DNA of 63,988 nucleotides, filler included, from Perkinsus olseni (Eukaryota): NCBI GenBank assembly GCA_013115125.1. It is 3 parts of 3 records of this genome, joined end to end, with 100 filler letters (N's around TTAATTAATTAA, not from the genome) between each part and the next. Parts side by side here need not be neighbours in the genome. Positions count along the whole stretch, not along the records: positions 1 to 22,476 come from JABANN010000538.1; 2 more parts are not named here. One strand, 5' to 3'. Shown piece by piece: positions 1 to 13,146 of this stretch (position 1 is its first letter; each line of letters starts with the position of its first letter). The notes under the pieces were generated by a model. It saw only the letters and a program-made list of their open reading frames with translations, ran no database searches and was not told where the DNA came from. The position numbers and the translations under genes were made by a program.

Positions 1-187
1 CAAGGGAGAAGAGCTGTACCCAAGTCAATCGTCAGCGACATCGCAGGGAGGTGAGACTTCGAGCGGGACCGAGTATATGGGTGCGAAATGCAACAAGGTA
101 AAAATCGATCGAATTTTCAGCGCGCGCCCAGATGAAACAATATAAATATATTCTGCGAACTTACTGTCAAACTCTCAGCCTCAAACT

Positions 188-1154
188 CTAAAAATTGTAG
201 AAGTTAACCCACTGACATGTTTTGCAACCTTTAGATTGCTCGTACTGTATCTCCAAACGAATCAGCTCTGTCAGAGTCAGGCATGAGACCCCTGCGGTAG
301 TTACACCGCACAGCCAGCCTGCCAGGAACTGCAGCCATTCTTTCACTCCTTCGAGTTGAAGGCTTCGATCCCTGACATACTCAGACTCATGTTGGTATTT
401 CCTCAATAAGGACGCTGGCGTCTGGTAGACTAACGTCAGATAATATCGGGCCTTCACCACCACGGGCCGCAGGAGGTCTTCCATTTCGGGCTCTCGAACT
501 CGGAGTAAGCTACTCTGCTGGAAAACAGCATATCAAAAGCATTCACCGCAGTTAGCTACGAAATTAATGAATTGATAGGTTTTACAGTGTTCTATGTATA
601 AGCTTCCCTGAAAATTGAACCCCAAGTCGCGGCTACTTGACTAGGTTTTTCAGAGAACGCTTTCTCCCCTAAGTTCCGTTTACCTGCACCGATGGTGGCC
701 CCAACTCCGAAGGCAACGAGATCTCGAAGACGAAGTACGCGATGAAGATGTGTAGAATCTGCGGGAAAGGAGACGAGCTAACTCCGCGAGTTTGTAGTAT
801 CTTAGGTTGACCCTTGTCCCTCGTGGAAACGATGGTTCGAGTTTCAAACCAGAACAAACAGTTTGCTAAGTCTGTCAAGACACAAATCAACAGGCGAGCA
901 CTTCACCGCGAACTCGACATCTCTCGAAGACTCAGAATCGACAAATACAAGGAACTCGCGGAAAATGCGCATCCTGAATCCCGACAAGTCCATTCTCGAC
1001 CTCAAAATAACCTCAGGCGGAAAACCCACACGACGCAGACCTATGTACCTTCGACCGTATCGGAGTCCCTCGTGATGGTATCAGGTTCAGCCGGCAGCGG
1101 TCTGGTACGAAGAATTCTGTCGAGCAAGGTCTTCGACCAAGATACTCCAACCAT
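188..1154 (-). CDS. Multi-exon hypothetical protein (boundaries approximate)
   Basis: ATG at 1154 opens MVGVSWSKTLLDRILR..., followed by a GT donor; further minus-strand ORF pieces 844-1029 and 188-484. No recognisable domain. Confidence 0.35.
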
Positions 1155-1412
1155 GGCGAATAAAAAATGAATCGATCAACCTGAGACTCCGCTCTGTAAA
1201 ATCACAACTTTTTTCGTGCGCCACGAAATTGACCACTAAACTCGACCCACGGTAAAGGTTGAAATTGTGCAGGGGAAGTTGCTGCCGACTTTTTCTGCTC
1301 TGCGCATGCGCGCAACTTCAGTAGAAACACGAAAAAAGATTTCTCTTACTAACGGACTACTATCACAAATATACAGCTCCTGCGTTGAGGAAATGCAAGT
1401 GGAGCAAGATTC

Positions 1413-4400
1413 TCATAGCGATCCAGCCTCAGACTCCTTGGCTGAGGTAAACTCCGCGCCTTCCGAATCGTCAGCTAAATCTTCTTTCTTGTCCCCGGGC
1501 TCCGGCTCCTTCTCCTCTGCTTTCATACCATCTTTCTCCGAATTTGTATCGCTCGGGCGCGCGTCCCCACTTTCATCAGGCTTGGCCGCGGAAGCTGGTG
1601 AACTGTCGTTTTCTGACGCAGTGGGCTCTAAAAATGCAACATGACGATAACGATCCCGCGACCTCAACCATGGTATCCCCGAATACTACCCTGCTTAGCT
1701 GTATTCGACGTCGGAGCGCCAGCGTTCGCTCTTGCAAGAACTGCGGCCTTCAGCTCAGCAGCCTGACCGAAATAACATCTACCACGATCGCCAATCGTGA
1801 AACACCGCGGCCACCTCGTCCGACTTGAGAACATTCGCGAAAATTTCAGATTTCCAAATGCCAAATATTTTACATTGACTAAAAAATATCTAGAATATCC
1901 CGGAACACATTAAAAATGATCTCCCGGTGACTCGGGAGGAAAAATTTTACAGAATCAGCCAGCAGCGTTTCCCCTCGGTGCCCTACTACCGCTTGCGCCG
2001 CCGCTTCCTTGTTGGTCTTCTCGTCGCGAACCCGTTTCGCCAAAACCGTGATCAGCTCAGTCACTTGCTCCGTGACTTGCTCCACACTCTCACGATCTCC
2101 ATGCAGACTCACCTGAAAATTACAAAGGAACGACGCATGCCGGGATCGAACCCAGGAGTCCTGGGCCAGGACCTCTACTACCATCGGAGCAGCAGTATCC
2201 GTAGACACTCGTAGTAGCACCCCTCGGCATCCTTTTCTTGCAGCCATCTCCCCAACCGCCACGTCAGGGTCACTGGTCATGCCGGAGTTAACTAACTCCT
2301 TCCAGGTTACACCCGTGGCTAAAAAATAGGGAAAAAATTAAACCGAAAACATACCTAGCGGAAAGGCTCGTTCATGTTTGAAAATTTGAATCTACTTTCT
2401 GAATTTTCCAGATGCAATTTTCTGCAATTTTTGCAAGCGAATTCTTCATCCGAACGGAAAATTCTCCACGATTTCGGGAAAACAGATGAAACAAGCATCC
2501 GTAACCGCCTTGCGCCGCAGAATAAAATCAGCACGAAACGCTTTCAAAAAGAAACAACCGTTTCCGGCGAAGGTCCCCGGATCGATCCCTGCCTCCTCCA
2601 TTTTATTACCCTGCAGCAACCCTTCAATATACAGCCTCCTGGTGACGTTCATCGAACGGTACGCCGCAATCTGCTCCCTCCCCTCAGCCGTACGGAGAAC
2701 CGTGCACAAAACACCATCGAAAAGATTCCTTCCAAACGCCGTGCGAATATGCTGAAAACAAGGAAGTGCGTTGAGGAAATGCAAGATTGCAAGATTCCCA
2801 CCTTGGCGTCTGAGTTAGTCTTCGGGACCAAGCCCACACCATTGATGGCCAGAATCGTGTCCCCTTGTTGGAGATGCTGCTGGCCCGGGAAGGGACTTAT
2901 ATATAAAACCAAATACCCGCGGGAAGTCGACTGAAAATGCAACCTGTGCGATTCGAACCCACGACCATTCCATACCTGCAGATCCAGTCCACAAACGAGC
3001 TCGCTCGGTCGGCCCGGATCTGACAACGTTGAGAAAGTTCAAGATTGCAAGAAATCAAGAACCATTACTTTCTTCCGGTACGACAACCCTCTGATCATAC
3101 TTCGTGACTTCGGACCTCGGAACCACTCGCAAGGGCACCTATTTCGTGGCGCGTGAAAAAATCATAAAAAATCCCAAATTTTTTCTATCGTAATTTTTGA
3201 TCGACGAACTCACATTGATTATTCGATTAGCGATGGAGGTCGAGCTGCCCGTGAAGCTTTGCTGAGGGGCCTGAAATAGGAAAAAAGAAATAAAACGACA
3301 CCTGCCGGGTTCGAACCCACGACCATTCGAACCTGATCATTCTTCCTTAACGTATTAAACAAATTCTGCTCCATCTCCGCCACTGTCATCCGCTGCCCTT
3401 TGCTCTGTCCTCCACTATTCCCATACGCCGCTTGCTGCTGTTGCTGGCCAGACGCTTGTCCAGTCGAAGCTGACAATACACAAGTCCTGAGCGATTTTTC
3501 GCGCGCCACGAAATTACCACCCTGCGACGGTCCCCCTGCCTCCGCCTTGTGTGCGTCAAGGAACTTTCTCAGAGCATCGAGTAAATCCGATACCGTCGGC
3601 TCGCTCTGACCACGTCCTGAACCACCAACAACTCCATGCAAGTAGCGCGCGCCCAGACGATCGATTATACCTTGCTCTTCTTTACGTTGTTGTTGATGTT
3701 GCGTCGCTCCGCCTGAATTCTGCTGAGCGGCATTCGTCTGGTTCCGATTGATCGAAGCCTGCAGGGCCGTCAACTGGACCACCAGTTCGCGCTGAAGACG
3801 CAGGTTCGATCCCCGGCGACGGTACTTTTTACTACCATTAAAGAAGCGTTATCTCTCTTCTGTTGCTGCTGCTTCCCCCGATCGTTCGCCTCGAGCCTCG
3901 CGATCAGAGATTGAACTTCCGAAACCGCCCGACTGGACTCGGTCGGCACGTGCGTCAGAGATCCCCCAGACTTCGGAAGTCGTCCTCCCGCCTGCGCCGC
4001 ATACGCCGCGAAGGGGTCACGGGCAGGAGGGTGTCCCAGATCCAGGCGAGCTTGGCCAGAACGAGACCTGAAAAAATGACATCCGCGGGGTTCGAACCGC
4101 CGCCCTAATATTACAGTTGGGACTGTGCGAGTGCGGCCACGTCGTTCGGGGAGAATCGCGGCCGACCCGCGGGCGCCCGCGTTGGAGCTGCCGGGGGAGC
4201 GGACTCCGTAGGCGGCGGAAAAATGCCACTCAGGCCCTGTGGAGTGCTTAGCGGCGCGGTCTGCGGCCCTGTCATCAACCGAAAGGTCCCCGGATCAGAT
4301 CCCCCCTATTGAATATTACCCGTCGAATTAGGATTATTATCGCTGGTCAGCCTGAAAGCCGCCATTAAATTATCACCAAGCCGATTAGCATCATCAGCAT

Positions 4401-4490
4401 TGCCATACAACCTGTCAAAAAAGGCGGAGCGAAGCAAAATCAATTTCGTTTATCTCCGTCCCAGCCGCCGCTCTTGGTGACATCTCAGAT
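1413..4490 (-). CDS. Long multi-exon protein: Pro/Gln-rich N-terminal half, PDZ-like segment, acidic C-terminal tail
   Basis: Frame-preserving GT-AG introns traced at 4269-4319, 4068-4114, 3792-3835, ~3470-3520, 3271-3332, 3139-3213, 3020-3068, 2931-2975, 2752-2801, 2541-2609 and 2113-2172. Spliced peptide CGLDLQSTSRGYLVLYISPFPGQQHLQQGDTILAINGVGL...HIRTAF resembles a PDZ fold (GD.IL.ING). Both ends uncertain. Confidence 0.6.
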
Positions 4491-5378
4491 CTCCCACTCC
4501 GCAAGATTCGGGAAGATTCTCAAATCTACGATCGAAAATTCACGTCGTAAAATCTACGCAGCGCTCTTCCCTATAATTTCGTGGCGCGCGGAAAAAACCT
4601 CAATCCCATTCAAAATGATACCATCATGCGACCGACTGCAAAGTCTAATCCGTCACGCGCCACGAAATTCCTACTTGGATCGCGAACTCTGCAGCTTCAA
4701 CAACTCCTGGGAAACGTTCTCAGGTGTATCTACAAAAAATAAATCGCGCATGCGTGCAAACGACGGATGGCCACCCTACTGTCTCCCGATGTTGCGATCT
4801 GACGGAAGGACTGGAGAAGAGAAGACACGTCTGAGAGAGAAAATCAATATTAGAAAAATATTACCCGGAAAAAATTTCGGTAATTTTTTTGAATTCCACC
4901 ATCAGAAAAATTCATTCCGCAATTCTCGGTATCATTGCAGCCCTTAAATCGATTAAACAAGGATCTCATCGAGCTTTCGCTATCCCAAGCAGGCAAGTTC
5001 GAACCCCGGCAAGTTCATTTTTCCGCAATCTCCAAATGCGTTCCAGCGACATGCTCGGAGAGCCGCGTTGAAGAAGAGCGCAAAAACTACGATTGACCGA
5101 ACTTTTTTCAGCGTCAAAAAAAGCGCTCAAAATCGTAGGCCAACAGAAGCTCACCAAACGCGTTTGATAATTCCTCCTATTTACAGCGATTCCGAGGGTA
5201 ATAGAAAAACACCGATAAATCGATCGCGCGATCGATTCATCATAAATATTCGACTTCTTCCCCCAAAAACTTGATCAAAAAATGCATTTTCCCCAAAATT
5301 CCGCGTGGTAGTTTCGCAGCGCGCGAAATTTTCACATAAAAAGCTTTTTCCCGAACGCAGTCAAAAACGCTTTCTCCC

Positions 5379-6290
5379 TCAGGTAAATCTCCTTTTCCCT
5401 CTACTACTCGTTGGCCCGTCATCACCATTGCTCTCAGTCGGCTGCGGCGGCGGAGGGGGAGGCGGTGGCGGCGAAAACTTATTATCAACCCCAGCAGCTG
5501 AACACGTTGAAACTCCAACCTCCATAAGACCCTGGGATCAACCCCATCACCTTGCATTTCTTCCATTCCCTCTCTGTCCATCCGCTGCGGGGAGATCTCA
5601 ATAGATCGATCCCCGCGAAACAACCCCGTGTTCTCAATCATATTCATCCGAACCTGCTCGACTCCGCCGTGCGCATGCGTGCAGATTTTTTGTGTCGGCC
5701 TACGTCCAGCCTCCTCAAGTCCGGCAAAGCTCTCGTCAGAGCATCAACTCCGACAGCAGTCAAATAGTTATACGACACATCAATCTGAAACCACCGCGCT
5801 GGAGCTATCCAAAGGTCCCCGGTTCGAATCCCCCTCCCTACTTCTTTCACCGCAGCAAACGCCCTGTTCGAGTCGGCCTGGACTTCCCTCGACAACCAGC
5901 TCGTAAACTCATCCGTCAGTTTATTGCCAGACACTGCCAGCGAACTCAGCCTCGCCTTCGGGTGCCCCTCCAAGCCCTCCAAAATCTCAATCATTCTGAA
6001 TGAAAAATGCCCCTCCTGGGATTCGAACCCGGGACCTGCTATTACCCCTGATTGTTCAGGCTGCACCTCGGCAATGTGACATGAACATGAACGTACATGT
6101 CCTTCTTAGACTCCAACAGCCGACTCAACTCCTCGCTCGCCTTACTCGGATTTATTTCCCCTGAAAATGTCATCCCCGGGGATCGAACCCGCGCCCTTTT
6201 TCTACCATCGCTGTTCGCAGTCGATAAGGTCGCGACCCTCCCTTCCGCCACGATGTACTTGAAGTCAGTCGACGGTTTACCTGAAATTCC
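5379..6290 (-). CDS. Leucine-rich repeat (RNI-like) protein, multi-exon; 5' end not resolved
   Basis: Removing introns 6161-6205, 5996-6045 and 5785-5841 gives LPRCSLNNQGMIEIL...LSSLAVSGNKLTDEF...VKEIDVSYNYLTAVGVDAL...LRRLDVG, matching the LxxLxLxxNxL pattern. Poly-Pro tail, stop at 5379-5381. Confidence 0.65.
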
Positions 6291-8354
6291 ACCGAATAAA
6301 ATCAAAAATTTACTCTCTCCCCCAAAAAACTAATTTTTTTCAACTAAAAAATCAAACTTTCACTACAGAGCGCCCCACCAGAAATATACAAAAAACCTCC
6401 CTCGTCGCAATTCAATCTAATAAAGCCACCTTCGTTTCAAACTCCGATAACTCTATCAAAATATTCTGTTCCGGCAGTTTTCCGTTGCAAAAAGGGTCGC
6501 CAGAAGGCTTCAAATCCCCGACCCTACCAGATACAAATTTTACAGATTTTCTTGGTACCCTGTGCAACTCAGGTCATTCACGATAGGCCAAAGAAATGAG
6601 CATGAATATTCATGGCAGTAGGAAACCGAAAAAAACCTTCAGAAAAGTTTAATTTCTATTTCTTAATTATCAGTTTCAATTTTGGTATATTTGCTAATAT
6701 TTTTCGAGTCTATTAAGCACACTTTGGCAAAATCTAAAAATATTTTTTCTCAAAATTTCCCGGCCACCCCGTACACTATCCACGTGACTTGAGAGCTCTA
6801 CGAGCTCACGACCAGATCGTCCAGGACCGGAAAACTGTCGAAGGCACTCATGTACTACAAATCAAAAAAAAACTCGGAAAACATAATTTTCCGACATTTT
6901 ATACAAAAAAAACTGTGATAACAATTTCGCTGAAAAGTTGGAAATTTTTCCCGCTAAATTCTTGTGATTTTTTTCGCAGTTGCACATACTCAATCGCTCA
7001 GAAAAAAAAATGGAGTATCTTCTATTCCATATATCGCCTGCGTGAGCTCTCGGATATTTACCCATAGTAACCTCATCATGCAAAAAACTAAGCGCCCTCT
7101 GTCCTCGCTTCGACAGCAAAAAAACCGGCATTCGTCTCGCGATGCTCATAGCCCCGCCGTAATTAACCCACGTCAAGGGAAAGAAAAAACGGCCGGGCCG
7201 ACCAAAACGAAGCCGGATGAAAAAAGTTTCCGACGAGTCGAATCCGAGGGCTGCGCAGGGAGTTGATTTCCTACGTTCCAACCAGAAAGATGTTCAAGAC
7301 GTGCCCGGATCGCGGGAGTCGCTTAACGAAGGGCGACCCGAATGCAGTCAGAGAGATCTCGGAGGTGAGCTAATTTGTATCTTGCACGCTCAACCTAAAG
7401 ATATGACCCCCTGTACTACCAATGACCTTATCCCAGAGTAAAGCCTGGAGTGACGCCACGGCCTGTTCTCGAGCTTCCTCGCTGCCGTAAACTGACGAGA
7501 AAGAAAGAAAGAAAGATAAACAGTGCATTCAAGATTCCTGTTGCTTCGTTCCCGACCCATTTCATACCCTGCGCGCTTCAACCTAAGATACTCAATCAAC
7601 AAAATCAGATAATTTGCCTCCCATCGCCGGGTTGGCCTATAGAATATAAAATTTCCGAAAAACCACAAGAACCTTCAGATCTGAGTTTCGCGAGCTTGAC
7701 CTGTTGAGAAGATACCAACCGACAAGAAGATTTCTCAAATTTCCGAAATTTTCAGGAAAAAAATCAGAAAATACCAACCACATCCCCTCCTACTTTTCGA
7801 CGTCGGCGGGTGCGACAACAGCGCCGCTGACCCGCCCTCTCCGACCTCATTGTTTCCCTGAACAAATGCACGCTTCGACCTTTCCGTATCTTACTCGCAT
7901 CAACCTAAGATCCCCTACCTCGTTCGGCTTTCCTTCTCCCCCGTCTCTATCCCGCGGGCCGGAATTTTGAGATGACATGTCAGTAGAGGGACTGTAGCGT
8001 AAAAAAATTTTTCACGAAAATAAATTTTCCGGATTTTTCGGGTAAAATTGCCTGCGTTCGATCCCGTCCTACTGAAACTAAACACGAAGGAGGATTGAAT
8101 TTATTTCGATAATTCCTGGGGAGAATCCAAGGTCGACCCTAGGCTATGATGGGAGCGAAAGATACGAAACGTATCTTCGAGCTCACTATAGAGTGTCGTA
8201 CGAAGGTTAACTTGTAATATGCCAGGGTGCAGTAAGATACGTCACAATCACGTCCAAATCGAAAGATCAAATTTCGTGGCGCGCGCCACTTGAAAAAGGA
8301 GTAGCGCTCGCCCCAAAAAGATTCGGGTTGACTTGACCTGTTTTATATCTTACT

Positions 8355-8948
8355 ATGGTCAACCTTAGATATTTCTTCTACCAAATGATAGAGCGTCTCA
8401 AGTCACTATTCCGGCCACCGACGAAAGATACCGATGCACTCATGCCTGTGACAGAAAAGGTCGACCCGACCTCGCAAAAAGATATCCGAATTTATGGTAT
8501 CTTTTTGGTACTATCAACCTTGCCGGTGCATCTTAAGTTGCTCCTGGCAACTCCCGGGTTAACCTATCTTAGCCCAGAGTCCGTCGGCGTATCTTTGGTC
8601 TTCATAAGTGGCTTGCTTGCATTGGTCGCATCTTTCTGGGGAAGATACTATCGGATGGATAATCTCCTCTGGGCGTACTCGACCGTTATTTTGGCCGTTT
8701 TTGCCGGGGTAAAAAATTACCGGAATCGGATCACTACGGAATTCACCGGTTATAGAGATCCTGAGGAAAGGACGGTAATAAAGGGGAGGAAATGGCGGCA
8801 GGAAAGTAGGAAAAAGTGGAATTTTTCGGAAAGTTTTTTGAGAATTTTCGAAAATTCTCCTCATGATGACTGCAGCGACAAACGCTCAGAAAAATCCGAA
8901 AATTTCTCGATCCCGTCCGAGATCGTTAAACTGTTGCGAGATCGTTGA
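8355..8948 (+). CDS. Hypothetical membrane protein (first exon or exons)
   Basis: ORF with about 3 hydrophobic stretches; the 3' part looks intronic or AT-rich. Confidence 0.4.
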   Translation: MVNLRYFFYQMIERLKSLFRPPTKDTDALMPVTEKVDPTSQKDIRIYGIFLVLSTLPVHLKLLLATPGLTYLSPESVGVSLVFISGLLALVASFWGRYYRMDNLLWAYSTVILAVFAGVKNYRNRITTEFTGYRDPEERTVIKGRKWRQESRKKWNFSESFLRIFENSPHDDCSDKRSEKSENFSIPSEIVKLLRDR

Positions 8949-9935
8949 ATCGTGCGGAAAATTTACGGAAATTCTGGAAAATTCCTGATAATTCTATGAA
9001 AAATTATTGCGATTCTCGATTTTTCCGGTACTCATTTTCCTGCTTCCTGCGAAAATATTTTTCTGACAATACTGTAAATTTTGGAGGAAAATTCCGCGTG
9101 TATCGACTTGCCCCCTAAGGGTGCAACCGTCTCGAACGAAGCATTTGATGCAAAACTGCGAGTCCTTTATACCCACACTCCTGTGGACTGTCGCTGTCAC
9201 TCTTCACGACCGATAACCGGCACAAAATGTCGATGGACCGTCGGTCGGGCGATAGTAAAACGTTTTAGTAGAGTACTTTCTTATCATTTTCACATTATTT
9301 TTAGAAAATTTGTGCAGGAAAACAGCAGTAGAGAAGTTAGAATATCCTGGGGACTGGAAGAGTTTTGAAGACCATCATTGTGTAAAATTGGCGTGACGGC
9401 CGGCGGCGACGTTTGTGCTGAGAAACGTGGCGATTGTACCATGTTCGAGGGAAGCTTCTACCGAGAAAATCGCTTAGCTGGGCTATTATCGAAAGTTGTG
9501 GTATTCGGTCGATCGGAACATGTCTTTCGGGCGTCTTTTGATGAATCGACGAATCAAGGGAGAATCGCGAGATGGCATGGAGTTCGTCTTGGTTACAATT
9601 ACCGACGTTACGAGTATCCGAGGTTGGCGCGTGAGTTGCACGAAATCGTAATTAGTTGGGCCAAGATCCTTGTTCTTGAGGTCGAACTCAGGTTTTAACG
9701 CGCGTTAGGATTCCTTTTTTCCCTATCCCGAATTATCCGGATTTCCTGAAAACTTTCTAGAAAAAGTTTCACCTCTTTGTAACTTTCTCCCAAATTTCTG
9801 ATGGAATCTTAAGTTGGCCACGAAAGTTCTGAAATAACAAACCCGATAAGTGTGTATCTCTTTCGCCCTCTTATTTTCTAATTTTTTTTCGTGAATATAT
9901 TTTACGGATTTTTTTCGGAAATAATTTTTTTTCAG

Positions 9936-10810
9936 GCCCTCTGCACCCTCTGCGTTGTTCTCGGTCTCGTTGCCCCTGCAACAGCCGTCGCGGCGAATCT
10001 CATTATCGGTGACGCGCGCGGAGATGCTACGGGGTTATGGCTAAGATACGTTACAAGGTTGAATGTGTGGCTCACGTTCCCGTTGGTATCTTTCGTATGT
10101 GTGTATTACCAGCTTCAACCTCCTCTGTATTGTGCAATAATATGCTTGCCAGCTTTGACCTCGTTGTTAAGATACCCAAAGATACGCCTCATTGTCTTTT
10201 TCATAGTCGCTTTCGCAGACGTAAAATTTCTCGGCGAATTTTCCTCTGCGTTCCTATCGACTTTTCCGGTCATGTACTCGCTCATGCCTGCAGAATATCT
10301 TTCGACTTTGGATATTCCTCGAGTGATAAGATATCTTCCTAGTGAGTGCCTGCCGCTAGTCGGAGGTATCTTTTGGTCCTATCTTTCGCATGAGTCGACC
10401 TTCATAGTGTGGTCGTGTGGGTATCTTTTATCATACATACTATGGGTGCCTTTCGGAACCGCATATACCTATTTCGTGGCGCGCGGGAAAGGGGATAATT
10501 CCGTGGCGCGTGACGGGAATGAGAAGGAAAAGGGATCGCGGAGTGCTAAACGAGAAGGTCCGGCGATTTTATATTCGCCTAATGCGCGAGGAGGAATCCA
10601 GGTAATCGAAAGGTCCCCGGATCGAATCTCCCCAGCGGCATTTTTAGGGTCTTGGCGGCGGCCCTGTAGTGTACGCGGATGATGACGGAGATACTGCCCA
10701 CGACTTCTATGAGGCCAATGATAAAGGGTGATATTATCACAAATTCGGAATTATTTACCCGCATATAATCGTTCTTCAGAGAGCTGCAGAAGCTGCCGAG
10801 GTCCAAGCTG
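9936..10810 (+). CDS. Multi-pass membrane protein fragment, multi-exon
   Basis: Acceptor tttcag at ~9936, long hydrophobic ORF 9891-10682, intron 10602-10647. Confidence 0.45.
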
Positions 10811-11309
10811 CATCGTTGTGATGCGAAAAACGAAATTTACTGAATTATTCTTAACCGTCGAAAAATTGCAATTCTACACACCTTCGCTCCGCTGTTACAT
10901 TTTCTATTGTCGAAAGATTTGTGTTAATCAGGATGGAATCTTGAGGTTGAGCTTGGATCGCATCTTTTCTATAGAAAGGATATGTAGGGGTATCTTAGGT
11001 TGATCCATGCAAGATATGCATTCTACCCGAGAAGTTGATCGATTTTTGTTTGTATTCTTTTTCTCCTGAAGCTTGCGGGTTTAGGGATTGGTATCTTTGG
11101 TTCATCCATGCAAGATACGGAATAGGTCACTTTTAGCCTCTCTATTTTAGCATGAATCCCCCCTCGTTAACGTTTCCACGAGTCACTTGTCTTGGCGCCG
11201 AAGAACCTCCTCTTCTGCCGCCGCAAATTTTGTACGCGGGAAAGATTTATTCTCAAGACGGTAATCTCAACTTATTTCGTATCTTGCATGCTTCAGCCTA
11301 AGATTCGTA

Positions 11310-12950
11310 GGTTCCGATAGGAGACAGGGAGGCGGGGATCGTCGTCGTGTGTGGAATGAAGCCACTCTCCGACGTCTGGTCGCGACTAGGTGCGTTGGGG
11401 AATTGCAAGATTGCAAGATTCCGTGGGAGTGCTTAGGCATCAGCTTGAACAACAGCGGGATAGAATTGAGCGAAAGTGCTCAGCGGAGCGAAGCCGGAGT
11501 CAGCTGCGCAAAGCTTCGGTGAGTATCTTGGAGGTTGATCTTGCAAGATACGAAACAGGTTGGGAATGCGGCCTTCGATTTCCGTCTAGGTCAAGCGCCC
11601 TGCAGCAACACGAAGAGACCCTCAGAGCACTGGAAGAAATGTACATTTAAAAATACCCTCGCTCGGGATCGAACCGGGGACCTCTTGCTGGGCAGAGCTC
11701 TTCCTCCTCCTCGTCATCATCAGCAGTGAAGGAAGACCCTCGAGGGACGTCAAGGGCACAGGGAAACCTTTTAGTGGTAGGAGGAAATTTTTGGGAATTT
11801 TTCATAACCAGGAAAAAAATTCCGTGAAATTTTGGAAATTTTTCGTCGGAACGTGAAAAATTAGTGCGTGAGAATATCTGCCGGTGGGATTCGAACCGGG
11901 GGTCTATTGCGGTGGTAATTTTGTAATTCTCGTGGTTCTGTCAGAGAAAGTATGTTTCATGGCTGGCCATGGACCAAGAAACGGACCTACTGTAGGCGTA
12001 TCTTAGCTCCAACCTCGTCGGACACAAAACAGGTCAACTTGAACGCTTTCTAGGCGTTGTGAGTTATGTGACACTGTCGACCGAAATGATGGAGGAGCTC
12101 GATGGAATCTTAAGGACCTGGCGGTTCCAGTGAGGTTAACCTTTTCGTATCTTTCAAGCAAAAGATACTCCACGCACGGCGTAGGTTTTGGAGGCCTCAT
12201 TGTCACAGCACGCTAAAACGGTTGGCCACGTGTGGGCGCTGTCGCAGAAGGAAGGTGCGTTGAGGAAATGTAAGTGGCCATAAGATAGCAAGATTTGCAG
12301 GGAGGAGGATGAGCCTTCCAGTCCCAACAAATACGATATTCAGAACTCTGAATTCTTCCAGTTCAAGCAGGTAGTCGGAAGGCCCCCGGGTCGATTCCCA
12401 GCGGCGGCATTTCTCCGCAGTTCCTCGGCCGATGTCGTCCGACGGAGATCCCTGCAGAGTTCTTCGAGATTAACACTGCCTTCTACTCGTAGGGCATATC
12501 ATTCTGTGAAATCGATCGCGTGATCGATTTAAGATACGCCTGCCGGATATGCCAACCCTCAGCGACTTCGTCCTTATCAAACACTCTTCTCACGTCAAGG
12601 TCGGTGAATTTTCTGAATATATCAGAATATCTTTAATTTTGTTTTAGACGTGCATCAACCTTGGCGTCGTTACAGCCACCCTCACACGCCCCAGCGCCGC
12701 CCAGTCCGCCCCTCACAGTCAACGACCGGCCAGTTGCCGATGCTGCCGTCATCAGCGCCACCCAGGCAACTACGGGCAACGACAGGCTTTAACATCGGAC
12801 GAAGTAATGGTGTAGATCTTGCAATCTTGACTTATCTTGTGATTCCTCCACGCAGGAGAGCCCACTGGATCGCCTCTCCGGCTGACCTCTACTCAGTGGT
12901 TATCGAGTGCAGCCGGTGGGCGAAGACACTCGACTCCTAGTAAGTTAGTT
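11310..12950 (+). CDS. Multi-exon hypothetical protein with coiled-coil segment
   Basis: GT-AG introns at 11390-11436, 11641-11695, 12255-12300 and 12371-12420; the first join gives ...ATRHQLEQQRDRIERK. Confidence 0.4.
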
Positions 12951-13071
12951 TAGTGGCGCTTTCGCGCGCGCCCTGCTGATCGATTATGAATCATTGGTTT
13001 CCACGACGGGATAGTGGAGCGCATGGAGGTGTGGACTCTTTCTACAAACAGGAAATATTGTGTTTTAGAAA

Positions 13072-13146
13072 TGGGCACTGTTGGGATTGAGCCTGGGTGG
13101 GATGGATGACAGCTGGTAGTGCTAACCTATTGAGCTAGTCGAGTGC
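13072..13146 (-). pseudogene. Degenerate tRNA-like sequence (possible Asp-GTC relic or tRNA-derived SINE head)
   Basis: Minus strand reads GCACTCGAC TAGCTCAATAGG TTAGCAC..CT GTC AT..CCCAGGCTCAATCCCAA CAGTGC CCA: A-box, degenerate B-box and GCACT/AGTGC closing stem. The anticodon stem does not pair. Confidence 0.45.

Noticed and set aside
2486-2755. Plus-strand gene with an apparent intron at 2573-2616
   Set aside because: The minus-strand PDZ-like gene reads continuously through this region, so the plus-strand join is probably a by-product of the tRNA cassette's AG|GTC.
5996-6045. Intronic cassettes as functional or split tRNA genes
   Set aside because: No matching 5' halves, A-boxes or anticodon arms nearby, and T-stems are mismatched; trans-spliced tRNA is unsupported from this window.
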